From assembly GCA_031414595.1 (NCBI GenBank), contig JANNVX010000014.1:1-64000 (forward strand): a stretch of DNA of 64,000 nt. Direction: 5' to 3'. The stretch is from Deinococcales bacterium. GTDB lineage: Bacteria > Deinococcota > Deinococci > Deinococcales > JAAFIG01. The notes below the pieces were generated by a model. The model was given only the letters and a program-made list of their open reading frames with translations. It was not told the origin of the DNA and did no database searches. Both the position numbers and the translations under genes were made by a program. Below, in pieces: positions 9,337 through 18,912 of this stretch. Positions within the stretch are counted from its first letter, which is position 1, and each line of letters starts with the position of its first letter.

Positions 9337-10101
9337 CTATTTTTGGTCATGGAATTCAAGAATGACGGGTGCATGGTCAGAATAAAATTGTTCACGGTAA
9401 ATTTGAGCCGATTTAACTCGAGAGGCTAGGTTTTTGCTACACAATTGGTAATCAATCCGCCAACCGACATTATTTTGTCTAGCCCGACCTCGATTAGACC
9501 ACCATGAAAAATGCTCGGTCTGTCCGACATGAGTTCTAAAAACATCCACAAAACCAGTCTCTAAAACTCGGGTCAGCCAAGCCCGTTCATCTGGTAAAAA
9601 ACCACTGCTCTCCAAGTTCGCCCGCCAATTCTTTAAGTCTATTTCCATATGGGCAATGTTGAAGTCGCCTCCAATCAAAACATCACCAGATTGTTTTAAC
9701 TGTTCTAGCCACGGTTCAAATTCTGCCAAGAAACGGTACTTGGCGCTTTGGCGCTCTAAGCTGCTCGAGCCACTTGGAAAGTAAGCACTGACGGCACTAA
9801 ACCCGTCAAATTGAAGGCGTATAACCCGCCCTTCAGCATCAAATTCTTGCGAACCAAAGCCGTACTGCACAGCTTTTGGTTTGAATTTAGAGAGTATACC
9901 CACACCACTGTAGCCCGGTTTTTGGGCTGCGAACCAAAAGGCTTGGTACTGCTCGAGACCAAGCAAGGCTGGAAGTTGATGTTCAAGCGCTCGAACTTCT
10001 TGTAACAGAATAATATCGGCGTTTTCTTGTACCAGCCACTCGAGCAAACCCTTTTGTGTAGCACTGCGAATTCCGTTGACATTTAGGGTAATAACTTTCA
10101 T
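9337..10101 (-). CDS. xth: Exodeoxyribonuclease III
   Basis: NVNGIR, GYSGV, GDFNIAH, GWRIDY and SDHAP motifs. Confidence 0.95.
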   Translation of the reverse strand: MKVITLNVNGIRSATQKGLLEWLVQENADIILLQEVRALEHQLPALLGLEQYQAFWFAAQKPGYSGVGILSKFKPKAVQYGFGSQEFDAEGRVIRLQFDGFSAVSAYFPSGSSSLERQSAKYRFLAEFEPWLEQLKQSGDVLIGGDFNIAHMEIDLKNWRANLESSGFLPDERAWLTRVLETGFVDVFRTHVGQTEHFSWWSNRGRARQNNVGWRIDYQLCSKNLASRVKSAQIYREQFYSDHAPVILEFHDQK

Positions 10102-10214
10102 GGATAAAGCATAACCTTAAGTGCTGATATTGTTCAATTTTAGCGACTCGGTTTTAATGGAAAGTAACCTACTGCACGCAACAATTTGCATTACTGTCGA
10201 GTGGGGTTTATTCT

Positions 10215-10219
10215 CCTAT
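10215..10219 (+). repeat. Target-site duplication, left copy (CCTAT)
   Basis: CCTAT immediately precedes the TGT terminus; an identical copy follows the ACA terminus at 59039-59043. Confidence 0.93.
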
Positions 10220-10371
10220 TGTGAATTGCTCTTCACTTTGTCAGTAAAATGAACCATTTTTAGCTCATTTTGTCGTATTGAATGGCAGTGTTATCGTTTG
10301 CCACGTCATAGTTCAATTTTATTTTCGTTTACCGTGTCACTATTAAAATTGTGCTATCGTTTACCAAGTCA
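10220..10371 (+). repeat. tnsAB-proximal transposon end with TnsB-binding sites
   Basis: Terminus TGTGAATTGCTCTTCACTTTGTCAGTAA. 18-bp repeats TTATCGTTTGCCACGTCA (10291), TTTTCGTTTACCGTGTCA (10322), CTATCGTTTACCAAGTCA (10354), plus a degenerate copy near 10270. Confidence 0.9.
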
Positions 10372-10398
10372 ATACATCTAAATCTAAAAGGAGTAGAT

Positions 10399-12864
10399 AT
10401 GAGTAGTATATATGCAAATCCAAACGGTCTGACAAGTCGCAAGGGAAACGCCCTGCTGACTAGGTTTAAAACCACTTTACCATTTGAGAGTACCATCGAG
10501 GAACGGCTGATTCGCGTATTAGATGCCGACCTCGATATCGTTACGGTTAAACGTGCCGAAACTGTTAAGGTTTTTTCATTCGATGGATCTTCACATGAGT
10601 ACACTGCTGACTTTGAGGTTTCCTTAATCAATCAGCAGACTTATGTTCTCGAGTGTAAACCTCAAAACTTACTACACGATATACTCGTCGAGGATTTATC
10701 AAAATGGACTGCTCGAGCAATGCTTTTAAAGCAACAAGACAAACCTTTACACATCATTACTGATGATGATTTACCCGATTCGTTGATACAAAAATCCATT
10801 TCATATACACCATTTTTCAATACGTTTCCATATCCAGACGTTGAAAAAACAGCGATGGAATTTCTTCAAGAACGGGGCTATTTACCACTTTCAACCTTGC
10901 GCCTACATATTAGAAGTATTACTCAACGTTCTTTTCCAGAAATTGACTCCACGCTTTACGGTTTAATCGCTCGCAACGAGTTAATTGCAAATGAAAGCAA
11001 TTTTTCGCCAAATTGCTTAGTTGACCTACCTAATCGACATCTCGAGCCAACGCGCACGCCACTTGGCAAATTAGTGCAGGCTTTATTAATTGATTTACCA
11101 AAACCTACCCCGCGCCTAGAACCAAAAATGAATCCAGCTCTAATACTCGAGCAAAAGTTTTTAGCGACAGGGCGTGGGCAAAAGGCGTTAGAATTATTTT
11201 CCGTTTACAATAATCCGAATGTGCCAATCACAAAACAATTGGCAAAAGAGTTGACACAGAAAATCGGTGTCAATGCCCGAACTCTTTTTCGATTTCGACT
11301 TTCCCTTATCGAAGCAGGCGCACCAAATATCATTTTTACTGAACTGGTTCCGTTTTTGACAGGTGCCACACCAATACGCCCAAAACGTCAGGTGGAAGAT
11401 AAAGTCGCAACGATTATCGAGGAGTTCTGTTTAAAAAACTACTTTGTGCCAGTTGGTTCACCCACAAACCATCGAGCCAGTACGATGGCAGAATTGCATG
11501 AAATGATCAGAAAAGCCTGCCTTCAAAAAGAGCTATCACCACCTGCCTACACAACAGTCAAACGTTTTGTGGAAAAAATCATCAAACGAGATCCAATCAA
11601 GGCAACAAAGGCTCGTGATGGACAAGAAAAAGCCGATTCACTTGAGGCACGACAAGGCAAATTGATTGTGCTGCGGTACGGAGAAGTAATCGCCGTGGAT
11701 TGCTCTCCGTGCGATGTTTTTTTCCAAAAATCTAAAGCCGAACTGCATTTCAAAATCCATAGTCGAGGCAAAAACCAACGAAAAGAGAATGCAACTCGCG
11801 GCAATTTTGTGACTGTAGCAGATATAGCCACTGGTCAGGTTCTCCGTTCAGTCATTTTTGAAAGTGGCATCGGTGGTGCGGAAATCTTGGAAGTTTTACG
11901 TGATGTTTTTCTGCGTGATCAAAAGCTCTTTTCGCAAAACGATATTGTCAGTATTCCACAAGGATTTGGTCTACCTCAACGAATTCGTTTAGATAGCGGT
12001 TCAGAATTTACCAACAAACAAGTGGCTCGAGTTTTAGCACATTTAGGGATAGAGCGTGTAACACGCAATAGCTACACCAAACACTATGGTGGTAGAGAAG
12101 AACGAATTATTGGAATCCTCAGTCACAGTCATCATGTATTGGTAGGTACAACCATGAACACCATTGAAAAGCGCGGTGTTTATCAGGCACAGGCAAATGC
12201 TGTTTTAGATTTTGCAGACTTAAACCGATTTCACCAAAAAAACGTGGAACGTTATAATAATTTGCACGCACCACTGCACGAATACACCCGTCATCAACAC
12301 GCTCAACATTTGGTAGACAATGGTGTAACTGCATGGCGAATTCTTAGCCAATCACAACTTGACTATGTGACCAACCGAATGCACCCTGAAGAAGATCGCT
12401 TGACCATTCAAAAAGGAATCTCAATGTTTGGGCTTAAATACCAATCAGATGCGCTTAGACCACTCATTATTCGCCGTGCGAAATTGAATATTAGCTACAA
12501 CCCTGATGACATCTGTGTTGTTAATGCCATACATCCCGACACTGGAGAACGAATACCACTCACAGCAGAATTACCCGAAGGTTTTGAGCCACCAATTAGC
12601 AAAAAACTCTGGTATGAATATAGGCATCGGGTTAGAAAAGCGGCGCGTCAAGCTCAGGATGCAGTCGAGACACCTCAAGAAATTGTAGCAGATGTAATGG
12701 CGAAGAAAACGGAGCGAACTATTGAACAAAAAAAGAGTAAGTCAAGACATAGAAGTGTACAAACATCGCCTTCTCAAAGTAGGAAAATCGTTGAGACTGG
12801 CGCACGCACCATCCAATCGGCTGTTATTGAATTTTTAGACAATCCAGTCGAAATTGAAGAATGA
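10399..12864 (+). CDS. tnsAB: TnsA-TnsB fusion transposase
   Basis: N-terminal TnsA-like nuclease (FESTIE, YTADFEV, LECKP). DDE core AVDCS / RLDSGSEF / GREERIIG. Mu-type C-terminus GISMFGLKY...YNPDDI. AGGAG RBS before ATG 10399. Confidence 0.88.
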   Translation: MSSIYANPNGLTSRKGNALLTRFKTTLPFESTIEERLIRVLDADLDIVTVKRAETVKVFSFDGSSHEYTADFEVSLINQQTYVLECKPQNLLHDILVEDLSKWTARAMLLKQQDKPLHIITDDDLPDSLIQKSISYTPFFNTFPYPDVEKTAMEFLQERGYLPLSTLRLHIRSITQRSFPEIDSTLYGLIARNELIANESNFSPNCLVDLPNRHLEPTRTPLGKLVQALLIDLPKPTPRLEPKMNPALILEQKFLATGRGQKALELFSVYNNPNVPITKQLAKELTQKIGVNARTLFRFRLSLIEAGAPNIIFTELVPFLTGATPIRPKRQVEDKVATIIEEFCLKNYFVPVGSPTNHRASTMAELHEMIRKACLQKELSPPAYTTVKRFVEKIIKRDPIKATKARDGQEKADSLEARQGKLIVLRYGEVIAVDCSPCDVFFQKSKAELHFKIHSRGKNQRKENATRGNFVTVADIATGQVLRSVIFESGIGGAEILEVLRDVFLRDQKLFSQNDIVSIPQGFGLPQRIRLDSGSEFTNKQVARVLAHLGIERVTRNSYTKHYGGREERIIGILSHSHHVLVGTTMNTIEKRGVYQAQANAVLDFADLNRFHQKNVERYNNLHAPLHEYTRHQHAQHLVDNGVTAWRILSQSQLDYVTNRMHPEEDRLTIQKGISMFGLKYQSDALRPLIIRRAKLNISYNPDDICVVNAIHPDTGERIPLTAELPEGFEPPISKKLWYEYRHRVRKAARQAQDAVETPQEIVADVMAKKTERTIEQKKSKSRHRSVQTSPSQSRKIVETGARTIQSAVIEFLDNPVEIEE

Positions 12865-12892
12865 TCAAGTGGTCTCTGTAAAGGAGATGATT

Positions 12893-13681
12893 ATGACAAA
12901 CCAACGACATACCTACCTTAACAATCGTGAACGCCTTTGGCATCCAGAGACTTCTCGAGAAAATTTATTGAGTGAACTAGATGCAATGATTAGTGACCCA
13001 CCACGTCACAGAACCGTGAGTATAGCAATTCCAGGTGATGCAAATGATGGCAAAACACAAATCATTTCACAGTTTCTGAAACGACACCCGCCAACCAATG
13101 AAGGAGACTACACAAAAATACCTGCTATTGCAGTTGAAATGTCAGATATTTCTACAGTTCAACAGCTCAGTCGGCGTTTACTCGAGGAGTCAAAAGACCC
13201 CGACCCAACTTCCGGAACACATGACGAACGAATGGCACGTTTCGTAAAACGAGCCAAAAAAATCGGACTCAGAATGGTCTTCCTTGATGAGTTTCACGAT
13301 TGTGCTGACACAAGCGGCAAAGGTAAACCATTCCTGCGTCTCCTTAAAAGCCTGCTGTCAAAGCGTATTTTTGTAGTCCCCGTTGGAATGATCGAAGTAC
13401 GCGAAGTATTGAAAAAGGATCCGCAACTTGCTAATCGATTTAACTTTCATAAAGGGCAATTGGCAAAAGTTACAAATTTGGAAGTTATTAAAACCTTAAC
13501 GGAAAAAATAGCTGGCAATCCCATTGTAATCACTGATGCCGGATTGGAGTATATCCTTGATAAAACAAAGGGTACACTTGGAGATATATTAGATTTTGTC
13601 GAACACACCCTACGAAAATATAACAACCTCGAGCTAACTAGCTTGGAAAATCAGTATTTATTGATGCCATTCTCAAAGTAA
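12893..13681 (+). CDS. tnsC: TnsC/TniB AAA+ ATPase
   Basis: Walker A GDANDGKT and Walker B VFLDEFH; follows the transposase; AAGGAG RBS before ATG 12893. Confidence 0.9.
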   Translation: MTNQRHTYLNNRERLWHPETSRENLLSELDAMISDPPRHRTVSIAIPGDANDGKTQIISQFLKRHPPTNEGDYTKIPAIAVEMSDISTVQQLSRRLLEESKDPDPTSGTHDERMARFVKRAKKIGLRMVFLDEFHDCADTSGKGKPFLRLLKSLLSKRIFVVPVGMIEVREVLKKDPQLANRFNFHKGQLAKVTNLEVIKTLTEKIAGNPIVITDAGLEYILDKTKGTLGDILDFVEHTLRKYNNLELTSLENQYLLMPFSK

Positions 13682-13862
13682 CAAATCGAACATGATACCT
13701 TTCAGCTCATAGTTTGAGAGGATTCAGATTACTCAAATCTTCTCAAACCTGCTCCATGAGTTCTTAAATTTCAAAGCACTTTTTTTCCATTAATAAACAC
13801 CATTCAGCGAAACGGCTAAAGGGCTTTTAGTGTGATTCTTAAAAACGAGTTAAACTTCTGAT

Positions 13863-14474
13863 ATGGCTTGGCTACTTGGAAGCACCATTACGCTTCGTAT
13901 TGGCGAAAACACCCGTATTTACACCGTTGCGGATGTTCCCGAAAGCGCACCAACTGGACACCTCGATTATCAAACACCACTCGGACAGGTGCTACTTGGC
14001 ACAAACATTGGTAAGATTGCAGTCTGGCAAAATGCCGCAGGAAAGTCGCTGCAAGCCACAGTGATCGCTGTGGAATCCTCGAGTTCGTTTGAGGCTGCGC
14101 CTTTGCATTATCACAGTGACGCAATCAAACAAAAATATGCTCTCGAGCAAGCTGAACATTGCCTTGTGGAATTTGGGCAAAGCCAAGATTTATGGAAACT
14201 AAGCCAAGCCAGCAGTTTTTTTCGTGATGCAAAACAACCCAAACGAGCTTTAGAAATCACTGAAGGAGTTGTTGGATCAACCCGCGCTTTACAATCAGCC
14301 TTGCTGACGACTCGAGCGGCGGCATACTTGGATTTGCATCATTCTCGAGAAGCCCAAAAACTTGTGCATCAAGCCGTGAAAATCTCAGGATGGACTTCGC
14401 AGCTTTACTCGGTTCAAGCCAATAAAGAGGAAGCCGCTCATTACGGGCGATTAGCAGAAGGCTTTCGGGGGTAG
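13863..14474 (+). CDS. GreA/GreB C-terminal-like domain fused to TPR-like helices
   Basis: YTVA...LDYQTPLGQVLLG...G resembles the GreA C-domain (ISxxSPLGxALLG); helical C-terminal half. Confidence 0.55.
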   Translation: MAWLLGSTITLRIGENTRIYTVADVPESAPTGHLDYQTPLGQVLLGTNIGKIAVWQNAAGKSLQATVIAVESSSSFEAAPLHYHSDAIKQKYALEQAEHCLVEFGQSQDLWKLSQASSFFRDAKQPKRALEITEGVVGSTRALQSALLTTRAAAYLDLHHSREAQKLVHQAVKISGWTSQLYSVQANKEEAAHYGRLAEGFRG

Positions 14475-14516
14475 GCTTTTACCTACAAAAACCATTTGTG
14501 CCTTAGAATTGCGGGA

Positions 14517-14990
14517 ATGGCACATTCTCCTGATGACTTATTTTCCCTTTTTGCTTCACCAGCACCAGTTTCTTTGGTTCAGACGTACACCGATGGCTCT
14601 TGTCTTGGCAATCCAGGTGTTGGTGGTTGGGCAGCCATTCTTGTTTCAGATGGTCAGGAACGAATACTGACTGGTGCAGATCCAGATACCACCAATAATC
14701 GAATGGAGTTTAAGGCATTACTCGAGGCAATTCGGGCTTTAGAGCAACCAAGTGCTGTGGCGGTTTGCACCGATTCAGAATTGCTGATTGGCTTACTTCA
14801 CAAAGGGTACAAACGGCGCAATCCAGAACTGAAAGCCCTATGTGCTGAAATTGAAATGATGGTGCAACACGGTGGACATCAGCTTGACTTTGATTGGGTA
14901 CGGGGTCATACGGGACACGAATTCAACGAGCGGGTTGATAAACTGGCGAAACAAGCCGCCCTTGAAGCACAAAGAAAGCGAGGCATGTGA
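14517..14990 (+). CDS. rnhA: Ribonuclease HI
   Basis: YTDGSCLGNPGVGGW, TTNNRME, TDS and WVRGHTGHEFNERVD motifs. Confidence 0.92.
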   Translation: MAHSPDDLFSLFASPAPVSLVQTYTDGSCLGNPGVGGWAAILVSDGQERILTGADPDTTNNRMEFKALLEAIRALEQPSAVAVCTDSELLIGLLHKGYKRRNPELKALCAEIEMMVQHGGHQLDFDWVRGHTGHEFNERVDKLAKQAALEAQRKRGM

Positions 14991-15550
14991 TTCCATCAGA
15001 GCAATTTGAACGGAATGCCGTGATGCTCGAGCAATTGCGGCAGTTTGATTGGCGGGAAGAATTTAAAGCCTTCTTGAAAATCACCCGTCAGCCACGTTTG
15101 ACATATTTGGATTTGAACGAACATGACTTTGCGGTTTTTATGGTCTTTGTTATGATTCGCGCTAATTCTGCTAAGCGCATCAAGCTCTGGCTGACTCGAG
15201 TTTGCAAGAGATGCAAGAAACGAGCTTATTCACGTTTTCCAGCTCGAGAATTTAACCTTCGGGCAGAAGAGCCTTGGGGTCATTACGGGTATCGGATTGT
15301 GCCAGATCTAATGGTGTACGATCAGAATGGAACTGTGGCTGTGTGTCTCGAGATTCATCGGACACACCGAATCAGTTTTGGTAAGCGCAGGCGCTTTTTA
15401 GAAATGGGAATGCGGTTTGTTGAACTACACTTTGAAGGTGTGCTGAAAGCTGCTTTGTGGTTTTTGGAAGGTAGGGAGAACATTGCTCTCAGCGTTGAGC
15501 ACGAATTACTGCTTGCTCCTGTTTGGTGCGGCAAATGCCGAAATAGGTAA
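14987..15550 (+). CDS. Hypothetical protein, possible PD-(D/E)xK (CoiA-like) nuclease with Cys pairs
   Basis: IVPDLMV...LEIHRTH motif; CKRC and CGKC pairs. Confidence 0.45.
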   Translation: MIPSEQFERNAVMLEQLRQFDWREEFKAFLKITRQPRLTYLDLNEHDFAVFMVFVMIRANSAKRIKLWLTRVCKRCKKRAYSRFPAREFNLRAEEPWGHYGYRIVPDLMVYDQNGTVAVCLEIHRTHRISFGKRRRFLEMGMRFVELHFEGVLKAALWFLEGRENIALSVEHELLLAPVWCGKCRNR

Positions 15551-15649
15551 AATCGAGAGTCCAAACAATTCGATTTGGTGTAGTGGAACGACAAAACCAG
15601 TCCGTAAAGTTATGCGAAATCATTAGAAATAGAAAATGCTTGAAAGTGA

Positions 15650-18064
15650 CTAATTTAAGTATGGTCGCAGCTTTTTCAGTATTTGGCTCTCCGGATACTC
15701 TCTTAAAGTAATTTCCAACAACTTTTTGTAAGTTACCTTTGATCCAGATCGTATTTCTCGAAACGCCGACCTCCATTGTTCGGCATCAGTGTTGCCATGT
15801 GGCAAATCAGCGACGCGACCACCAGCCCGCTCCCAGAATTCCTTTAAGCGGTCAGGCACACTATCAATACACCACTGTTCAAAAACCTCAGTACGGTCAA
15901 TTTCTTCAACTGCATTGAGTGATCGGCTAAAAAACTGGAAAAATTTTTGGAGCGAAGTCAAAAGTTTAAAAATTGACTCAACAAATGTTGTAACAATGGG
16001 ACGAGAATCAGGTCTAAACTCATCACATAATCTCTGAGCTAAAGCCCATCGATTGCGTCTAACCATAACTCGACCAGTCGCTTTAAGAATACTTTCAGAC
16101 TTGCCTAGATTGCCACTTTGAGATATTGCGGCTTTTACAATTTTTTCGATATGGGCATCTTGGAGTAAGTCTGGCAGTGCCGTGACAACTCGAGTTGCAC
16201 CATCTAAGTTAAATTTTCCATCACTTACAAGTTCCAAAATTGTCTCGGACAGTTCTGTTTCAATGAATTCCCCAGATTCCCCTTGTCTCAGCCAATCATT
16301 GGCTGTGGTCATCAAGAAGCTTTTACGTGCAAGACTAGGCAACTTTTTCCAGACACTTGAACGATTGGGAAATGCCAATAAACTCGCATCAGATGTTGTT
16401 CCTAAACGCTCAAGAAGTTGGAGTGGAACTTGTAAATCATTCAACAATTCAGAAACTAGCAATGGCAATAAGCGCTTTGCTTGTCCACCCCAAGGATCTT
16501 TGGCTTTTAAACCGGCGATTGTCCAGATTTGGATGCCTGCCTCAGTAACCTCAAGAGCTTCCCATCCTGAATGGTCATTATTGAGATATGTTCCTGCGTG
16601 TTCCCAGACATCTCTTCGATCCATATTTTGTGCAGCACAAATCAATTCTCGAGTCCCCGCAATTAGCTGATATGCACGAACAATTCTTTCAGAAGCATCC
16701 AAAGGCGCATTTTGCAATAAATCCTGAAAACATTGTTCTGTTGGTGCTTTTTGCAAATGAATTGATGCAAACAACAGCCACCACTGACGATATTTCAAAT
16801 TCTCAATAAAAACATTGGGGAGTGTCTGATGGGCAATGGATGCAGCCAATTGTGTTTCCCAAGAATCCGCAACCAATTCAAAAAATGTAGTGCTGTTTTT
16901 GCTGCAAAGTCCAGCCCAAATAGCCTCGATAAGTTGAGGATTCCCTGACCGAAGTGCAGATTTTATTGCTGTTTGGATTGCGTAAATCCACCAAGATTGT
17001 GCCGTTCCACAGCGCGTGAACAAGTCAGACATGGATTGTACTTCATCTTGGATCAATTTAGAAGCTCGAGACTGAATGATATTTTGCAATGCAAATTGCT
17101 CAGTTAAGGGTATCAAACCGGCTACCCGTTTTAAGTCATCAATGGAAGCACCTACGAGTTGTTTTTGTAGAAATTCCCATAACTTGTACTGCTGCTCACA
17201 GACAAATTCAGCCTGAATTTCCAAGGTTATCAAATTTTCTAAAGCAGCAGCAGCGACATTAACGCTCCCTCTGCCTTCTTCAAGTTGCTTTAGAAGTAGA
17301 AACAGTATGCTCAGGGTATTCAAGGCATCCCATTTCCAAGCAGTCAAAGACTCGAGCCAAGGCAGAATAACAGGATTGCGATCCCCAGCCAGATGACGTA
17401 GTAATAAATCCTCTGCTTTAGGTACGATAAGTGAGTTTAGATTGTGCCAACGCGACTTTAGGCTATCTGGCACCAAGACTAATTTGGGGGTAAACCCAGA
17501 ATTGTGTAGTGCATCAGGATCAAAAATAGTACGAAATGAAAATTCCTCACGACCTTTTTGGGGTAAGGCATCCCAAAAATTCCAAATCTGAGGGATCAAA
17601 TTCAAATCCACCAAAATCACAGGGTTATTTTGTGATTGCACTATTGTGTATGAAAAAGCATAATCAGGCTCATCAACTTGCTCAGGGTAAGTATTTATAC
17701 CTGTTTTTGAAATGATTGTTGGGGACAGTGGTGTTGTCCAATTTTCATCTTCCAGAATCACCCATAAATCTCGAAGTTGTACTTGTGCTAAGTATTCAAT
17801 TTCTATTAAGACAGCGCGAGTGATGACACTTCCACGACGTGGAGCTTTATCATCTCGAGCCACTCGAAGTATCGAAAAAAAGGAAGTGTTTTTAACTTTG
17901 CTTCCAATGTAAAAAGGATCCCATTCAGGTATTTCAAAGCTGGCCCTCGGATAGTCTGAAATAGTCTCAAGCCACGCGATGGGTTTTGTGGTGGTTGAAC
18001 CAAGAAGAGCATGACCTACAGTGGGATGAATACCAAACAATGCTCGTTCAATTGGGAGGTTCAT
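15650..18064 (-). CDS. GAP1-N1-like protein with C-terminal EAD1 domain (GTPase-based conflict system)
   Basis: N-terminus ERALFG...GHALL...DKAPRRGSVITRAVLI; C-terminus FWERAGG.VADL...EQW...LLEITLREYP; operon context. Confidence 0.72.
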   Translation of the reverse strand: MNLPIERALFGIHPTVGHALLGSTTTKPIAWLETISDYPRASFEIPEWDPFYIGSKVKNTSFFSILRVARDDKAPRRGSVITRAVLIEIEYLAQVQLRDLWVILEDENWTTPLSPTIISKTGINTYPEQVDEPDYAFSYTIVQSQNNPVILVDLNLIPQIWNFWDALPQKGREEFSFRTIFDPDALHNSGFTPKLVLVPDSLKSRWHNLNSLIVPKAEDLLLRHLAGDRNPVILPWLESLTAWKWDALNTLSILFLLLKQLEEGRGSVNVAAAALENLITLEIQAEFVCEQQYKLWEFLQKQLVGASIDDLKRVAGLIPLTEQFALQNIIQSRASKLIQDEVQSMSDLFTRCGTAQSWWIYAIQTAIKSALRSGNPQLIEAIWAGLCSKNSTTFFELVADSWETQLAASIAHQTLPNVFIENLKYRQWWLLFASIHLQKAPTEQCFQDLLQNAPLDASERIVRAYQLIAGTRELICAAQNMDRRDVWEHAGTYLNNDHSGWEALEVTEAGIQIWTIAGLKAKDPWGGQAKRLLPLLVSELLNDLQVPLQLLERLGTTSDASLLAFPNRSSVWKKLPSLARKSFLMTTANDWLRQGESGEFIETELSETILELVSDGKFNLDGATRVVTALPDLLQDAHIEKIVKAAISQSGNLGKSESILKATGRVMVRRNRWALAQRLCDEFRPDSRPIVTTFVESIFKLLTSLQKFFQFFSRSLNAVEEIDRTEVFEQWCIDSVPDRLKEFWERAGGRVADLPHGNTDAEQWRSAFREIRSGSKVTYKKLLEITLREYPESQILKKLRPYLN

Positions 18065-18912
18065 GTCTCTCCAAACAACCAGTCAATTGGCAGTGTCAAA
18101 TCGCTTTTTTGCTCTCCGTTTGGCAGCACAAGAAAACCGGATTTCTCTGCGCCAGCTTCTCGAAAAGTATGTTGGAAATTTGGATCATCAAGTGAACCCC
18201 CTTGCGACGATAAACCATACACACGCATTGCACTATCTGCCCAGACTGTACGGATAAACTGCTCGAGCAATGGGCAGAGTTGCTTGAAATAGAATTCTGG
18301 AGTCAATTCAGTATTGACTTCATCAAAACAGGACAACATAATTGCCAATCGAGGTGAGGTTGTTCCTATTGGAGCAAATCCAGCACGTACCCACCACCAC
18401 ATTTGCAGTAGTTCAATCATTTCAATCTGTGACGATAATCTGCGTAAATTCACATTATCTGGTGCGTTGATTTCCGCTTGAGGCTTTGGGTTTTTCATCT
18501 CTTTTGCCACAGGAGGAGCATCCATTGTGGTCGTGGGTTCATTTATGGCACTTGGACGAATAAAAAGCATCCAAGCCGAGGACTCTTGAAATCCAGAAAT
18601 CCAGTTTCCTTCAATAGCTCGGTCACGAATCATTCGAGTTAATTGCTCACCATCATAATCAGGCAGTACAAGATCTATGGATTGACCATGACGATTCAAC
18701 AAAGGCAGTGTCATAGAATCATATGCACTGGTGGTACGTGGCGGTTTTTCACCGCGTTCATAGGCTTCAAGCGCCATTTGGAATAACTTTAAGCTTTCAG
18801 GCTGTCCCCTGAATTTTAGGCTGCTTTTTTGTGCAAGAATTCGCCCATAGACTTGGGTGCCATAACCTGTTTTCCCTGACTGTGAATATCCCATCAGCAA
18901 TAATTGACTCAT
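18061..18912 (-). CDS. TRAFAC-clade double-GTPase family protein
   Basis: GYSQSGKT, PPRT, DYDGE and LSCFDE motifs. Confidence 0.78.
   Translation of the reverse strand: MSQLLLMGYSQSGKTGYGTQVYGRILAQKSSLKFRGQPESLKLFQMALEAYERGEKPPRTTSAYDSMTLPLLNRHGQSIDLVLPDYDGEQLTRMIRDRAIEGNWISGFQESSAWMLFIRPSAINEPTTTMDAPPVAKEMKNPKPQAEINAPDNVNLRRLSSQIEMIELLQMWWWVRAGFAPIGTTSPRLAIMLSCFDEVNTELTPEFYFKQLCPLLEQFIRTVWADSAMRVYGLSSQGGSLDDPNFQHTFREAGAEKSGFLVLPNGEQKSDLTLPIDWLFGET

Noticed and set aside
10351-10398. GTG-start N-terminal extension of TnsAB
   Set aside because: It overlaps a TnsB-binding site; the ATG at 10399 has a clear AGGAG RBS.
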